Shown here in pieces: positions 22,563 to 32,551 of a DNA stretch of 64,000 bases (the stretch's first letter is position 1; every line of letters begins with the position of its first letter). Source of the stretch: an uncultured delta proteobacterium. Its GTDB lineage: Bacteria > Myxococcota_A > Polyangia > Fen-1088. The stretch is from NCBI GenBank assembly GCA_963796685.1, contig CAWCMR010000008.1, forward strand, positions 544,001-608,000, in the 5' to 3' direction. The notes below the pieces were generated by a model. The model ran no database searches. It was not told the origin of the DNA and saw only the letters and a list, made by a program, of their open reading frames with translations. Made by a program: the position numbers and the translations under genes.

Positions 22563-23267
22563 ATGACCACCACGCCCACCGAGACGCGCCCCACTTCGAT
22601 ACGATTTCTGGTCGCCTGCACCGTCACCGCGGTCCTGTTCGTGGTCGCGTGCAATGCCATCGCCGATGCCCCACGTGAAGTGATCATGGGCCTGGTGCAG
22701 AAGATCTTCTACTTCCATGTACCCTGCGCCTGGCTGCTGATGCTCTCGACCCTGGTGTGCGCGGGGGGCAGCATCGCCTACCTGTTCGGCGGGTCCGAAC
22801 GGGGCGACCGCGTGGCCGTGGCGGCGTCCGAGCTTGGTGTGTTGTTCGGTCTGTGCGTGCTGGTGTCCGGCCCGCTGTGGGCCAAGGCAGCGTGGGGCGT
22901 GTACTGGCAGTGGGAGGCACGCCTCACCTCGTCGCTGCTCTTGTGGCTGATGCTGGTGGCCTACATCCTGGCTCGGCGCTATGGCGGAGCGGCGGCCCGT
23001 CGACTGGCCGCGGCCCTGGCGCTCTTCGCCGCCATCGACATTCCCCTGGTCTACTTCAGCGTGCGCTTCTTCCGCAGCATTCACCCCCAGAGCACCGTGG
23101 TGTCCACGCTCGGCCCGGGCATGCGCGGCGCCTTCTGGCTGTCCCTGCTCGCCTTCTCGGCCCTGTGGGGGGTGCTTTTTTCGGCCCGATTGGCGACGGA
23201 GAACGCCTACGCAAGACTTGTCGACCTGGAGACCCTACTCGACCAGGCAGAGGAGAAGAAATCATGA
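22563..23267 (+). CDS. ccmC: Heme chaperone-loading protein CcmC
   Basis: KIFYFHVP, GPLWAKAAWGVYWQWEARLTS (WWD domain), IHP. Confidence 0.93.
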   Translation: MTTTPTETRPTSIRFLVACTVTAVLFVVACNAIADAPREVIMGLVQKIFYFHVPCAWLLMLSTLVCAGGSIAYLFGGSERGDRVAVAASELGVLFGLCVLVSGPLWAKAAWGVYWQWEARLTSSLLLWLMLVAYILARRYGGAAARRLAAALALFAAIDIPLVYFSVRFFRSIHPQSTVVSTLGPGMRGAFWLSLLAFSALWGVLFSARLATENAYARLVDLETLLDQAEEKKS

Positions 23268-23401
23268 AAATGGTGGCGCTTGCCTACGGATTCATCTGGC
23301 TGGCCGTGTTCGTCTACGTCTTCATCACCAGCCGCCGGCTCGGCAAGCTCAACGGCGAAATGGACGAGCTGCGACGCCGCATCGACCGATTGAAGCCGTA
23401 A
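23264..23401 (+). CDS. ccmD: CcmD-family small membrane protein
   Basis: MKMVALAYGFIWLAVFVYVFITSRRLGKLNGEMDELRR; ATGA overlap with ccmC; AGGAG RBS. Confidence 0.85.
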   Translation: MKMVALAYGFIWLAVFVYVFITSRRLGKLNGEMDELRRRIDRLKP

Positions 23402-23415
23402 TTGGCAGCGAATAG

Positions 23416-25107
23416 CTAGAAATCGTCTTCCGACAGCTTACCGGCTCTCATGCCTTCGGACTTTGCCGAGGCGCGCTCCTTAGGCGATACCCTCGCCTTG
23501 GCAGGACCGCGACCACGCCTTCCGTGCAGTCCCTGTTTTCCCGATTCTGCCGCGGGCGAGCTCGGCAACATGGCAGGTACCGTCGCAACACGCTCCGTGG
23601 CGTCCAGCTCGCCCCTCTGGGACGTGCCGGGCGAATCCGACACGGCGGATGGTGTCGTGATTGGCACCACGGAAGGAATTCTCGATGGCTGGTCCTGCTC
23701 GCGCGCGGGACGGTCGATCGCCATGCCCGAGACCGGCATGCTAGCCTGATGGCCACCGAGCGCTCGGACGAGCGCCCAAACCGCAAGGACCAGAACGACC
23801 GCGATTCCCGAGCCGACGATCCTACCTCGTCGGCCCAGGGCAGCTCGAAACCAAGGTCGAAGAGCGGCGTGCAACCTGGCCGACAGGGCAGCAAGCGCCT
23901 GAACGCGAGCACGCACGCGCTCCACCCTGGAGCGCACAAGGACCGTATCCTGACCGACAGGCGGCGCTGGCTCTCCCGTATTTTCACCATCGCCATGGAT
24001 CGCGCCGGCCTGGCCACGGGAGTCGCCCTTCTGTTTCTGCGCGGGAAACCCGTAAAGCATCTTGGTTTCCCGATAGCGCTCGGACGGCTCCTTCCTGAGA
24101 ATGGCTTGCACGACAGACTGCCCGGCCAGGGCATCGCGAAAGATCTGAGCGGGCACGCCCGTGATCGGCGTGATCAGGTGCTGCAGCGGGGTCGCCGGCA
24201 GCAGCTCGTCCTCGAGGGCGGCGATCATCAGATTCAGGTCGGAAAAGCGATGGTTGGGATCCTTGGCGATGGCGACGTCGACAATTCGCACCAACCCCGG
24301 GGGCAGATCCTGCCGGAACGTCGTCATCGGAGCCGGAGGCTCGGTGAGCACGCGGTTCGAGAGGTCGGAGCCTGGCTCTCCGGGAAACGGCATCTTTCCG
24401 GTCAAAGCTTCGTAAAGCAGCAAACCGAACCCGTACACATCCACGCGTTCGTCGATGCGGGCCGAACCCGAAAGATGCTCGGGAGACATATAGGCAGGCG
24501 TTCCCATGGCCTGTCCGGGAACCTGTCCCGCAGAGGTGCCAATCACCCTTTCCATCATGACCGAGATGCCGAAGTCCAGAACCTTCGCGGTGAGCGCGCG
24601 CCCGTCGGGCCCTATGCAAACGAAGATGTTTTGTGGCTTGAGATCGCGGTGGATCACGTCCTGCGCATGGGCGGCGGCCACGCCGCGCATGGCTGGCAAG
24701 AGCAGGGCCGTCGTCTCGCTGACGCTCAAGCACCCCTTGCGGTCGATGTAGCTTCCGAGCGGCTCCCCATCCAGCAATTCCATCACGATGCAGGTCATTC
24801 CCTCGTGGTCGATGACGTCAAAAACGGTCACCACATTGGGATGATTGATCCGGCTCGCGGCCAACGCTTCTCGATGAAAGAGATGCTGCGCCTTGTCCGA
24901 TGTAGCCATGGACCGGAGAATCATCTTGAGGGCGACCTTCTTACCGGTGCGTTCGTTCGTGCCGGCCCAGACCGCGGCCATGCCGCCCTTCCCTGCCAAG
25001 TGATCGACACGGTACTTTCCCGCCACGACCTGCCCAACCTGCAAGATCGTGTCAATCGTATTGTCAGGTTGAGGTTTGACCATTTTCACAGCCGCAAGCC
25101 GTGTCAT
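23416..25107 (-). CDS. Membrane Ser/Thr protein kinase
   Basis: GKGGMAAV, VALK, HRDLKPQN, DFGIS, GTPAYMSPE; TM; C-terminal ...LSEDDF. Confidence 0.93.
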   Translation of the reverse strand: MTRLAAVKMVKPQPDNTIDTILQVGQVVAGKYRVDHLAGKGGMAAVWAGTNERTGKKVALKMILRSMATSDKAQHLFHREALAASRINHPNVVTVFDVIDHEGMTCIVMELLDGEPLGSYIDRKGCLSVSETTALLLPAMRGVAAAHAQDVIHRDLKPQNIFVCIGPDGRALTAKVLDFGISVMMERVIGTSAGQVPGQAMGTPAYMSPEHLSGSARIDERVDVYGFGLLLYEALTGKMPFPGEPGSDLSNRVLTEPPAPMTTFRQDLPPGLVRIVDVAIAKDPNHRFSDLNLMIAALEDELLPATPLQHLITPITGVPAQIFRDALAGQSVVQAILRKEPSERYRETKMLYGFPAQKQKGDSRGQAGAIHGDGENTGEPAPPVGQDTVLVRSRVERVRARVQALAALSARLHAALRPWFRAALGRRGRIVGSGIAVVLVLAVWALVRALGGHQASMPVSGMAIDRPAREQDQPSRIPSVVPITTPSAVSDSPGTSQRGELDATERVATVPAMLPSSPAAESGKQGLHGRRGRGPAKARVSPKERASAKSEGMRAGKLSEDDF

Positions 25108-25370
25108 TCTGGATTCTTGCGCGTGCAAGTGCAACAGCCCTGCGCGGCCCTAATCCCGCGACAAGGCCCGAGAGGTCGTGGCCGTGGTCGTGGCCATGGC
25201 CGTGGCCGGAGTGATCTTCGTCGGCCATAGCCACGGGGACGACTACGACCACCACTCGCCGCCGAGGTCCAGCGACGCCTAGGCTCGGCGCGTATAGATC
25301 CTTTTCCGTGCTCGCGCGTTCACAGACCTAGGCCCGTGGAACGACATTCCCCCACGGCGGGAGGTCCGTT

Positions 25371-25901
25371 ATGCAACGCGCACACGTTCTTGCTCTGCTC
25401 GCCTGCCTGGTCATCGCCTCGATCGCACCCGCGCCTTCGGCCTCGGCGGCCACCGCGGCCGTGACCGGCCCCTTGCTGGTTTCCGGCCAGAACCTCATTC
25501 GCACCAAACAACAGGTGTCCGACGATCCCCTCGATGGTTTGCCCACCGATGACGGCGACCATCGCGGGCTCCCCAAGGCGGGGGGCCACCGCCGGGCCAC
25601 CTGCGCGGTGGACGCGAGCCCGGCCAACTATCGCGACATCGGCGATCTGCGCGCAGCCCTGGCTTTCGTCAAGCACGGTCCAGCCTCTTGGCCATGCCCT
25701 GCTCGCGGGGCCCAGTCCGACACGCGGCTGCGCATCGGCATCGACGGCGATGGCAGGATCGCCGTTTGCGAACCCGTCGCTGGCAACCCCGCCGTCGCCA
25801 GCGCCATGGCCAAACGACTGATCGGGAAATCAATCGCCCGCCGGCCCGCGGGCGCAACGTCCGGAATCGTCGTGCTCACATTCCGGAAATCCGGGCTATA
25901 A
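25371..25901 (+). CDS. Hypothetical secreted protein with TonB-C-like C-terminal domain
   Basis: GGAGG RBS, signal peptide; C-terminus resembles that of the VIT protein at 29100-29390. Confidence 0.65.
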   Translation: MQRAHVLALLACLVIASIAPAPSASAATAAVTGPLLVSGQNLIRTKQQVSDDPLDGLPTDDGDHRGLPKAGGHRRATCAVDASPANYRDIGDLRAALAFVKHGPASWPCPARGAQSDTRLRIGIDGDGRIAVCEPVAGNPAVASAMAKRLIGKSIARRPAGATSGIVVLTFRKSGL

Positions 25902-25918
25902 CCCGTGGCCTTCCGGCC

Positions 25919-26572
25919 ATGAATCGCCCCTTCGTGATCTTCGACTTCGACGGCACCGTTGCGGATTCCTTCTCGGAATCGCTCTTGGCCTACAACCGCA
26001 TCGCGCCCCGCCTGCGCCTGCGCACGGTCGACGATGCCGAGATCCCCGGGCTGCGCCGCATGAGCGCCGGTCAGTTGATGCAGGCACTGGGCATCCCCAT
26101 GTGGAAGCTGCCGCGCTTGATGATCGCGGTGCGGGCCGAGCTGCACGACCACTTCCACGCCGTCAAGCCCTTTCCCGGTATCGCGGAAGCCATCCACGAC
26201 CTTCACGATGCCGGTTGCAACCTGTCCATCGTAACCTCGAACTCCGAGGAGAACGTGCGCAACTTTCTCGTCCGCCACGGCATCCAGGAATTCGACACCG
26301 TGGTTGCCGGCGCCAGTATCTTCGGCAAGGCAACGCGCCTGCGCCGGCTCATCAAGGCCGAACGCGCGCGGCGGAAGGCCTCGGTCTACATCGGCGACAC
26401 CGTCCCCGACATCCGGGCCGCGCGCGAGGCAGGTGCGGTGGCGGTGGCAGTGACCTGGGGTTTCAGCGATCCCGCGCCCCTGTCGGCCGAGGTACCGGAG
26501 GCGTTGGTGGGTTCAACGAGCGATCTCACCGGCTCCATCTTGCGATTGCTCGGCGAGCCGCAAGGAAGCTGA
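25919..26572 (+). CDS. HAD-family hydrolase (phosphoglycolate phosphatase-like)
   Basis: FDFDGTVADS, VTSN, K, YIGDTVPDI, WGF. Confidence 0.92.
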   Translation: MNRPFVIFDFDGTVADSFSESLLAYNRIAPRLRLRTVDDAEIPGLRRMSAGQLMQALGIPMWKLPRLMIAVRAELHDHFHAVKPFPGIAEAIHDLHDAGCNLSIVTSNSEENVRNFLVRHGIQEFDTVVAGASIFGKATRLRRLIKAERARRKASVYIGDTVPDIRAAREAGAVAVAVTWGFSDPAPLSAEVPEALVGSTSDLTGSILRLLGEPQGS

Positions 26573-26848
26573 ACACAGAGGACCGACCGGATAACCGAGA
26601 TTACGCCAGCCACCTACACGCCCGCATGGTAGGGCACTGTGGCTGGCCCGCCACAATCGAGGCCGCCTGGTTCCACCTACTGTCGCAACAAGCTACAGGT
26701 AGCCAGATCAGGGCCAGGACGAGAGGTCCGGCCGGCCCTGCCCAGAAACACGGGGCCGTGGTTGTAGCGCCCGTAGATCCTTCTTCCGGCTCGCGCGTTG
26801 GTACCTCCTGACCCCGGAAAATTTCTCGCCCGGGGCAGGAGGTTCGAC

Positions 26849-29390
26849 ATGCGCCGCTCGCTTTCGCCCCGACATCTCGCCCGTTTCACTGCCACTTGCC
26901 TTTTCCTGGCCACAGCCATCGCCTGCGCGCAAAGCCAGGCGCCCCAAACGCCCGTCACGAGCCCGACCAAGGTGCTCGAGGCCGTGCAGTACACCGGCCC
27001 CGTGATCCTGCAAACGTCGGGCAACCCGAATCCGGATGGTTTCGATCACAGCCTGTCGCCCTACCTCTACGTGGCGGGCGGCGATCCCGCACGCGATCAG
27101 GTTCCTCTCAAGAAGACCTGGGCCCAGGTGAACATCGCCGGCGTGATCGCGGCGGTCAAGGTACACCAGATCTTCGAGAACACCGGCGCCAAACCCATCG
27201 AGGCCATCTACGTGTTCCCGGCCAGCACGCGCGCGGCCGTGCACGCCATGCGCATGACGATCGGCGCGCGCACCATCGACGCCAAGATCGAACGCAAGGC
27301 CGAGGCACGCGCGCAGTACGAGGCGGCCAAGCGCTCGGGCCAGCGTGCGTCGCTGCTCGAACAAGAGCGGCCCAACGTCTTCACCACCAGCGTGGCCAAC
27401 ATCATGCCCGGCGACCGCATCGAGGTCGAGCTCGACTACAGCGAGCTCGTGGTTCCGGAAAACGCGACCTATGAATTCGTCTACCCGACCGTCGTGGGCC
27501 CACGCTATGCCGGCGGCGCCGACCCCAAGACCGATCAGTGGATGGCCAATCCGCATCTGTCCGAGGGCAAGCAAGAACCCTACGCGTGGGACGTCGAAGT
27601 CCACCTGCAAAGCGGTATCGGGCTCAAGGAAGTCTCGTCGCCGTCGCACAAGATTTCGGTGCGCTACACCGGCCCGTCCACGGCGGACATCAAGCTGGAT
27701 CAGAGCGGCGGCGGCAACAAGGACTTCATCCTTCGCTACCGCCTGGCTGGCGACAAGATCGAGACTGGCCTCTTGCAATTCGAGGAGCCTTCCGCCGGCC
27801 TTGGCCGCCCGGCGGAGAAATTCTTCGCCCTGCTGGTCGAGCCGCCGAGGCGCCCCACCCTGGCCGACATTCCGGGCCGCGAGCTCATCTTCCTGCTCGA
27901 TGTCTCGGGCTCGATGCACGGGTTCCCCATCGAGACCACCAAGGAGCTCATGCGCAACCTCCTGCCCAAGCTGCGCCCCACCGACCATTTCAATCTGGTC
28001 TTCTTCTCGGGCGCCAACTACGTATGGAGCCCGTCAGGCTCGCGCCCGGCCACCGAGGCCAACATCAAGGAAGGGATGGACACCATCCTCAAGCAGTACG
28101 GCAGCGGGGGCACCGAGCTCATGGGCGGGCTGGAAGCCGCGTACGCCATCCCTCCGGTGGGCAAAGGCGTGTCGCGCACCGTGGTCGTGGTCACCGATGG
28201 CTACGTGGGCATCGAGGCCAAAGCCTTCCGTTTCATCCGCGAGCGTTTGGATCGGGCCAACCTGTTCGCCTTCGGCATCGGCAGCTCGGTCAACCGCGCC
28301 CTCATCGAAGGCATGGCGCGCGCCGGGCTCGGCGAGCCCTTCGTGGTGCTGGGACCGCAGAGGGCTGCCGCCCAGGCCGAGAAGCTGAGCCAGATGATCG
28401 ACCGCCCGCTGCTGACCGACATCGACGTGCGCTTCGGCGACAGCGGCGCCTACGAGGTCGCGCCGCAAAAGATCCCCGACTTGCTCGCCGAGCGCCCGCT
28501 GCTCATCTATGGCAAGTACCGCGGCGACCAACCGACGCGCATCGAGATCACCGGACGCACCGGCCACGGCTCCTTCCACCACGCCGTGGACTTGCGCCCC
28601 GCGGACGCGCGCAGCGAGAACAGCGCCCTGCGCGCGCTGTGGGCACGCAAGTGGGTCGAGGTGCTGGAGGACGAATTTCACATGGGCGGCGGCAAGCCCG
28701 TCGAAGACGCCATCACGGAAGCTCGGTCTCTTCTACCATTTGCTCACGCCGTTCACGTCCTTCGTGGCCATCGATTCGGAGGTGGTGAACCGCACCGGCA
28801 AATCGGACACGGTTCGCCAGCCCCTGCCCATGCCCGAGGGCGTGTCGAACTACGCCGTCGCCGAGGCCCAGTCCATGGCGGCGATTCCGGCCGCGCCGGC
28901 CCCGGCCTACAACCGGCCAGCCATGCGCATCGCGGCCAAGTCATCAAGGAGCCTCGACGACCTTTCGGGTTCCTTCGGCGTGGGTGGGCTCGGCGTGCAC
29001 GCGGTTGCCCCCGCCGCACCCTCCGAACCCCGGCAAGCCGAGCTCGCGAAGGACGAGGAAACCGACAAGAAGACCGGCGCAAAGGCCAAGGCGCTAGCCT
29101 GCAGGATTGAGGTGACCCTCGACAAGACCGAGCACGTCGGCGACGCCAAGACCCTGCGCACCCTCGTCGAGCGAACCGCGCGCGCACTTGGCTGCCAAGC
29201 CGCCGGCAAGATCGAGTTGCGCATCGCCGTCGATGGTGCGGGCAAGATCGTCGGCGTCGAGGTTGTGTCGGGTGACAGCGACATCGGCACGGCGTTGGGC
29301 CACAAGCTGACCGGCGCCACGTCGGCCGCCCACGCGACCGGGCAAAAGAAGGGCACCATCGCGGTCACCATCACCATCGCGACAAGGTGA
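26849..29390 (+). CDS. VIT + vWA domain secreted protein; 1-bp insertion near 28719
   Basis: VIT (EAIYVFP, ASLLEQERPNVF), vWA MIDAS DVSGSM, GGTE, VTDG; continues after the frameshift as LGLFYHLLTPFTSFVAID. Confidence 0.9.
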
Positions 29391-29415
29391 GTCCGACTCA
29401 CTCTCTGGCAAGCAG

Positions 29416-29446
29416 GCCCGGTGCCGTCCTCACGCCGGCACCGGGC
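29416..29446. terminator. GC-rich hairpin after the VIT gene
   Basis: gcccggtgccg-N9-cggcaccgggc perfect 11-bp stem; no clear U tract. Confidence 0.5.
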
Positions 29447-29462
29447 AATACGATAGGCAGCT

Positions 29463-29513
29463 ACGTCCTATTATGCTTCCTAGCATAATGTTGAACTCCA
29501 TAATCCTGGACGA
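29463..29513. other. AT-rich nested palindromic site at the left edge of the island (possible recombinase/regulator site)
   Basis: attatgct-tcct-agcataat palindrome, outer cgtcc...ggacg arms, three TTATG/CATAA motifs. Confidence 0.4.
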
Positions 29514-29736
29514 GCAGCTTCGGTCCCGGACACGCCGGCCATGGCCACGGCTTCTCACCCTGCGCCCGGCCAAGCCGAGTTCGACTCGGTGATCGGCCTA
29601 TCGCTGCGCCTGATCGCGGCCCCTCGTGATGACTCGGAGCGCCGGTTGAAGCTGTAGATGTTTCCAAGGATTCGACATGACCACTATGGCGTCCTAGCCT
29701 TTAGGTGGAATACCCGGTAAAGATCCAGGTTCAATA

Positions 29737-30897
29737 GTGATGAAGAAGAGTCCATTCGTCAGCCTTATTTTCAAGGGAGCCAGGTTTGGAGAGGCGTCCA
29801 TGCCTCTTGAGACCCTTCCTGAGCTGGCGGCGTACCGTGAGCTAGTTCTAGAGGCGGCCAAGGCTCTATTTCAGGCTCGGAATCCCACACGCAAGCGCCT
29901 TCCCAGGGGCTTCGAAAACGGCCTTCATCTCGTTCTTGAGAAAGTGATCGAGGGGGGCAGTGCAATTCCACAAATCTCGCGGGTGGACGAGCGCGACCTG
30001 GCTCTTTTAGACGTTCCACGAGAAGACGACATTTTCGAGTTGGCGAGAGACCTGATCCAGAATGGGATCGCCGCGGGTGGCATGGCCCCGGACGTATTGC
30101 CACCCGACCTGGCCAAGCAGGTGCTGGCGCGATTTGGTTCCTTCGGACGGACCCTGGGGCCAGATGAGTCGATCGTCGTAGGCCTCCCGGGTACCCGAAA
30201 TGGCGCAATCTACAACCGGGCGCTCAGGAAGAAGCTCGTGCTCCAGGCGCAGCCGCTGTACGAGGACGAAATCGATCTCGTGGGTGATGTTCGCGCCGCT
30301 GACCGAGATTCCGAGGGCTTCGATCTTCGAACGCTGGAGGGAATCAAATACCGCGTTCGCGTGCCCGAGATGTTCTTTCCAATCGCCCTGCGCTCCCTAT
30401 CAACCTCCGTGCCCGTGCGTGTCCGTGGGACTGGTCTTTTCGACGAGACAGGGAGTCTTCGACGCATCGAAATGGCGACTGATGTCAGCATCGCAGAAGA
30501 GGACTTGGCGGGCGATCGCCGCAGAGGATGCTCGACCCCCATCGAACAGCAGGTGCATTCACTGTCGATCTTGCCAGCCGGCTGGTTCGACGAGTCCAGT
30601 CCAAGCTATCAACAAGGGCAGCTGGATTGGATGTTGAACCTTCTGAAGGGCATTCTCGAGGGGTTCAATCTCCCCGTCCCCTATCTCTACCCAACCCCCG
30701 AGGGCACAGCCCGCGCCGAATGGCCTGGAAGCAAATGGGAGGTGGTTGCGAACGTCGGGTTGGTGGAGCACGTGGCGGACGTGATGGCTGTGCGACTTGA
30801 TTCGGACAGGATCGAGGAGGACAAGTTCTCCCTGAACCTGCCAGGATCCGAAAGCAAGTTGGGACGTTTTCTCGTCGAGCACCTGGAGGTTTCCTAG
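29737..30897 (+). CDS. Uncharacterised 386-aa protein (helical N-domain, OB-like middle, GW...YPTPEG...EW C-domain)
   Basis: Long ORF with island-type codon usage; stop abuts the next ATG (TAG-ATG). Confidence 0.8.
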   Translation: MMKKSPFVSLIFKGARFGEASMPLETLPELAAYRELVLEAAKALFQARNPTRKRLPRGFENGLHLVLEKVIEGGSAIPQISRVDERDLALLDVPREDDIFELARDLIQNGIAAGGMAPDVLPPDLAKQVLARFGSFGRTLGPDESIVVGLPGTRNGAIYNRALRKKLVLQAQPLYEDEIDLVGDVRAADRDSEGFDLRTLEGIKYRVRVPEMFFPIALRSLSTSVPVRVRGTGLFDETGSLRRIEMATDVSIAEEDLAGDRRRGCSTPIEQQVHSLSILPAGWFDESSPSYQQGQLDWMLNLLKGILEGFNLPVPYLYPTPEGTARAEWPGSKWEVVANVGLVEHVADVMAVRLDSDRIEEDKFSLNLPGSESKLGRFLVEHLEVS

Positions 30898-31344
30898 ATG
30901 GCGGGAAGGCCACCGCCGACGTCGCTATTGACGGATTCGCACGAGGAACTGCTTCGCCAGGTGCATCCGAGTTTTCTGCGCGACGGTCGACCCAGCAGTC
31001 AGGCCTTTCGGCCAACCAAGAAGGACGAATGGATGCTGTCCGTGGCGCGAGGCAGTCTCACGACGGCAGAAGCGGCTTTTCGTCATCACAGCGAGAAGCT
31101 CAAGTGCGCGTCTGCCGGCACCTGGGGGATCACCGTGGGGGAGTGCGATGATCAGGATCTCAAGGCTTATTCCGATCCCATCGTGTCCCCACCTGAGGCG
31201 ACAGATCTCGCGCATGCCTTCGTCGACTTTCGCGGAATGAGCAACAGCCAAGTTGAGGCGCGCGGGATCAAACTGGCCCGCGCTGCTCACGAGCGAGGTG
31301 CACTCTATCGACCTTCAGCAAGCGGTGGCCCGGCCAATGAATAG
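30898..31344 (+). CDS. Uncharacterised 148-aa protein, putative ADP-ribosyltransferase-like fold
   Basis: LLRQVHP...SSQAFRP...LSV...AH motif order resembles the R/S strands of ART folds; fold call is inference. Confidence 0.7.
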   Translation: MAGRPPPTSLLTDSHEELLRQVHPSFLRDGRPSSQAFRPTKKDEWMLSVARGSLTTAEAAFRHHSEKLKCASAGTWGITVGECDDQDLKAYSDPIVSPPEATDLAHAFVDFRGMSNSQVEARGIKLARAAHERGALYRPSASGGPANE

Positions 31345-31386
31345 AATGGCTGGGATCCAGCTATGCGCAGGTGCTTGTCCGGCAAC

Positions 31387-32458
31387 CTACTCCCACTTCT
31401 TGAAGAAGGTCTTCAGACGCTCGACGGTGTGGCGCCACTTGGGGGTGGTGGGCTGGCAGACGGTGTTCTGGTTGCCGAAGAGGCCGATTTCGTTGAAGGC
31501 CTTGTTCTCGGGGACGGTGTCGAGCCATTCGACGCGGACGAAGGCCTCGATCAGCTCGGGGTCGGTGGCTCGCTCGCGCAGACGATCCGCGGTTTTGAGC
31601 ACGTCCAGGCACGGCACGCCATCGAGCTTGAGCTCGTTCAAGGTTTGCACCGACTCGGTCACACGTCCCACGCCGACGTAGCCTTTGCCTGGAATCTTGA
31701 CCCAGACGCGGTCGCCGGGAGAAAGCGCCTTCAGCGTTTGGGTGTACCAGGCCCCGCCGCCTGCACTGACGAAACCGTGGTCACTGGCGTCCTCCCAGGT
31801 GCAGTCGCCCCCGAAAGAGACGTAGTACTCGCCATTCCACGGCTCCTTGCCTTCCGTGTGCTTGGTGGGGGTGGCCACATTGGCTTGCGTCTCGCCAGGG
31901 TCGATGAACCAGGCGCGGCTGAGCAACTGGTCGGTGCCGTGGCGAAACACGCGGAAGAAGACGACGTTGATGGCGATGCCGCGATCGTTGAGGTAGCGGA
32001 TGATCCGCTCGGTCGCGTCGTCCAGCTCGGCCGCGACCAGGATGATCCGATGCGACTCGTTCAGCGATTCTTCGTCCAGGGTGGTCCCGAAGCGCGTCCT
32101 GAAGGCATCATCCAGCGTGCGGTCCTTGGAGAAGCGCTGGTAGATCTGCGCGATCTTCTCGGGCGCCAGATCCTCGACCCACGAGGCGTAGTCCAGTCGC
32201 CTGCGCAACGATCTCGCGGGGTGTCCGATCACGCTTCATCTCGATGAGCACCAGCGATGCATCGGGCGCGATGGCCAGCAGGTCGATGCGCCCACCGAAC
32301 GGCGTGATCACTTGCTGGCCGATGAGCATCCAGTCGGGGGAGAGGATGGTGGGATCGGCGACGATCATGTCCTCAAGCTTCTGCTCGCTCAGCAGGCGGT
32401 CGGGGGCGAGGGGCGTGGGGGAGTCGCCGACGGTCCAGATGGCGTGTTTGTTGGGCAT
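31387..32458 (-). CDS. NucS/DUF91-like PD-(D/E)XK endonuclease; 1-bp insertion near 32197
   Basis: EQKLED, GRIDLLA, LIEMKRDRTPREIVAQA|LDYASWV joined across the frameshift; C-terminal domain PGDRVWVKIPGKGYVGVG. Confidence 0.85.
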
Positions 32459-32551
32459 GGTGCCTTCACTCAGGGCAGATTGTTCCTTGCGCGGCACTCC
32501 CGAGTGGGGACGAGTCGGCTTGCCGAAAGCAGCAGCGTCGCTCATACCCCA

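Noticed and set aside
25064-25282. His-rich mini-ORF (DEDHSGHGHGHDHGHD) on minus, or a short hydrophobic peptide on plus
   Set aside because: Both readings arise from one gtggcc-type low-complexity tract; no convincing RBS, so neither can be supported.
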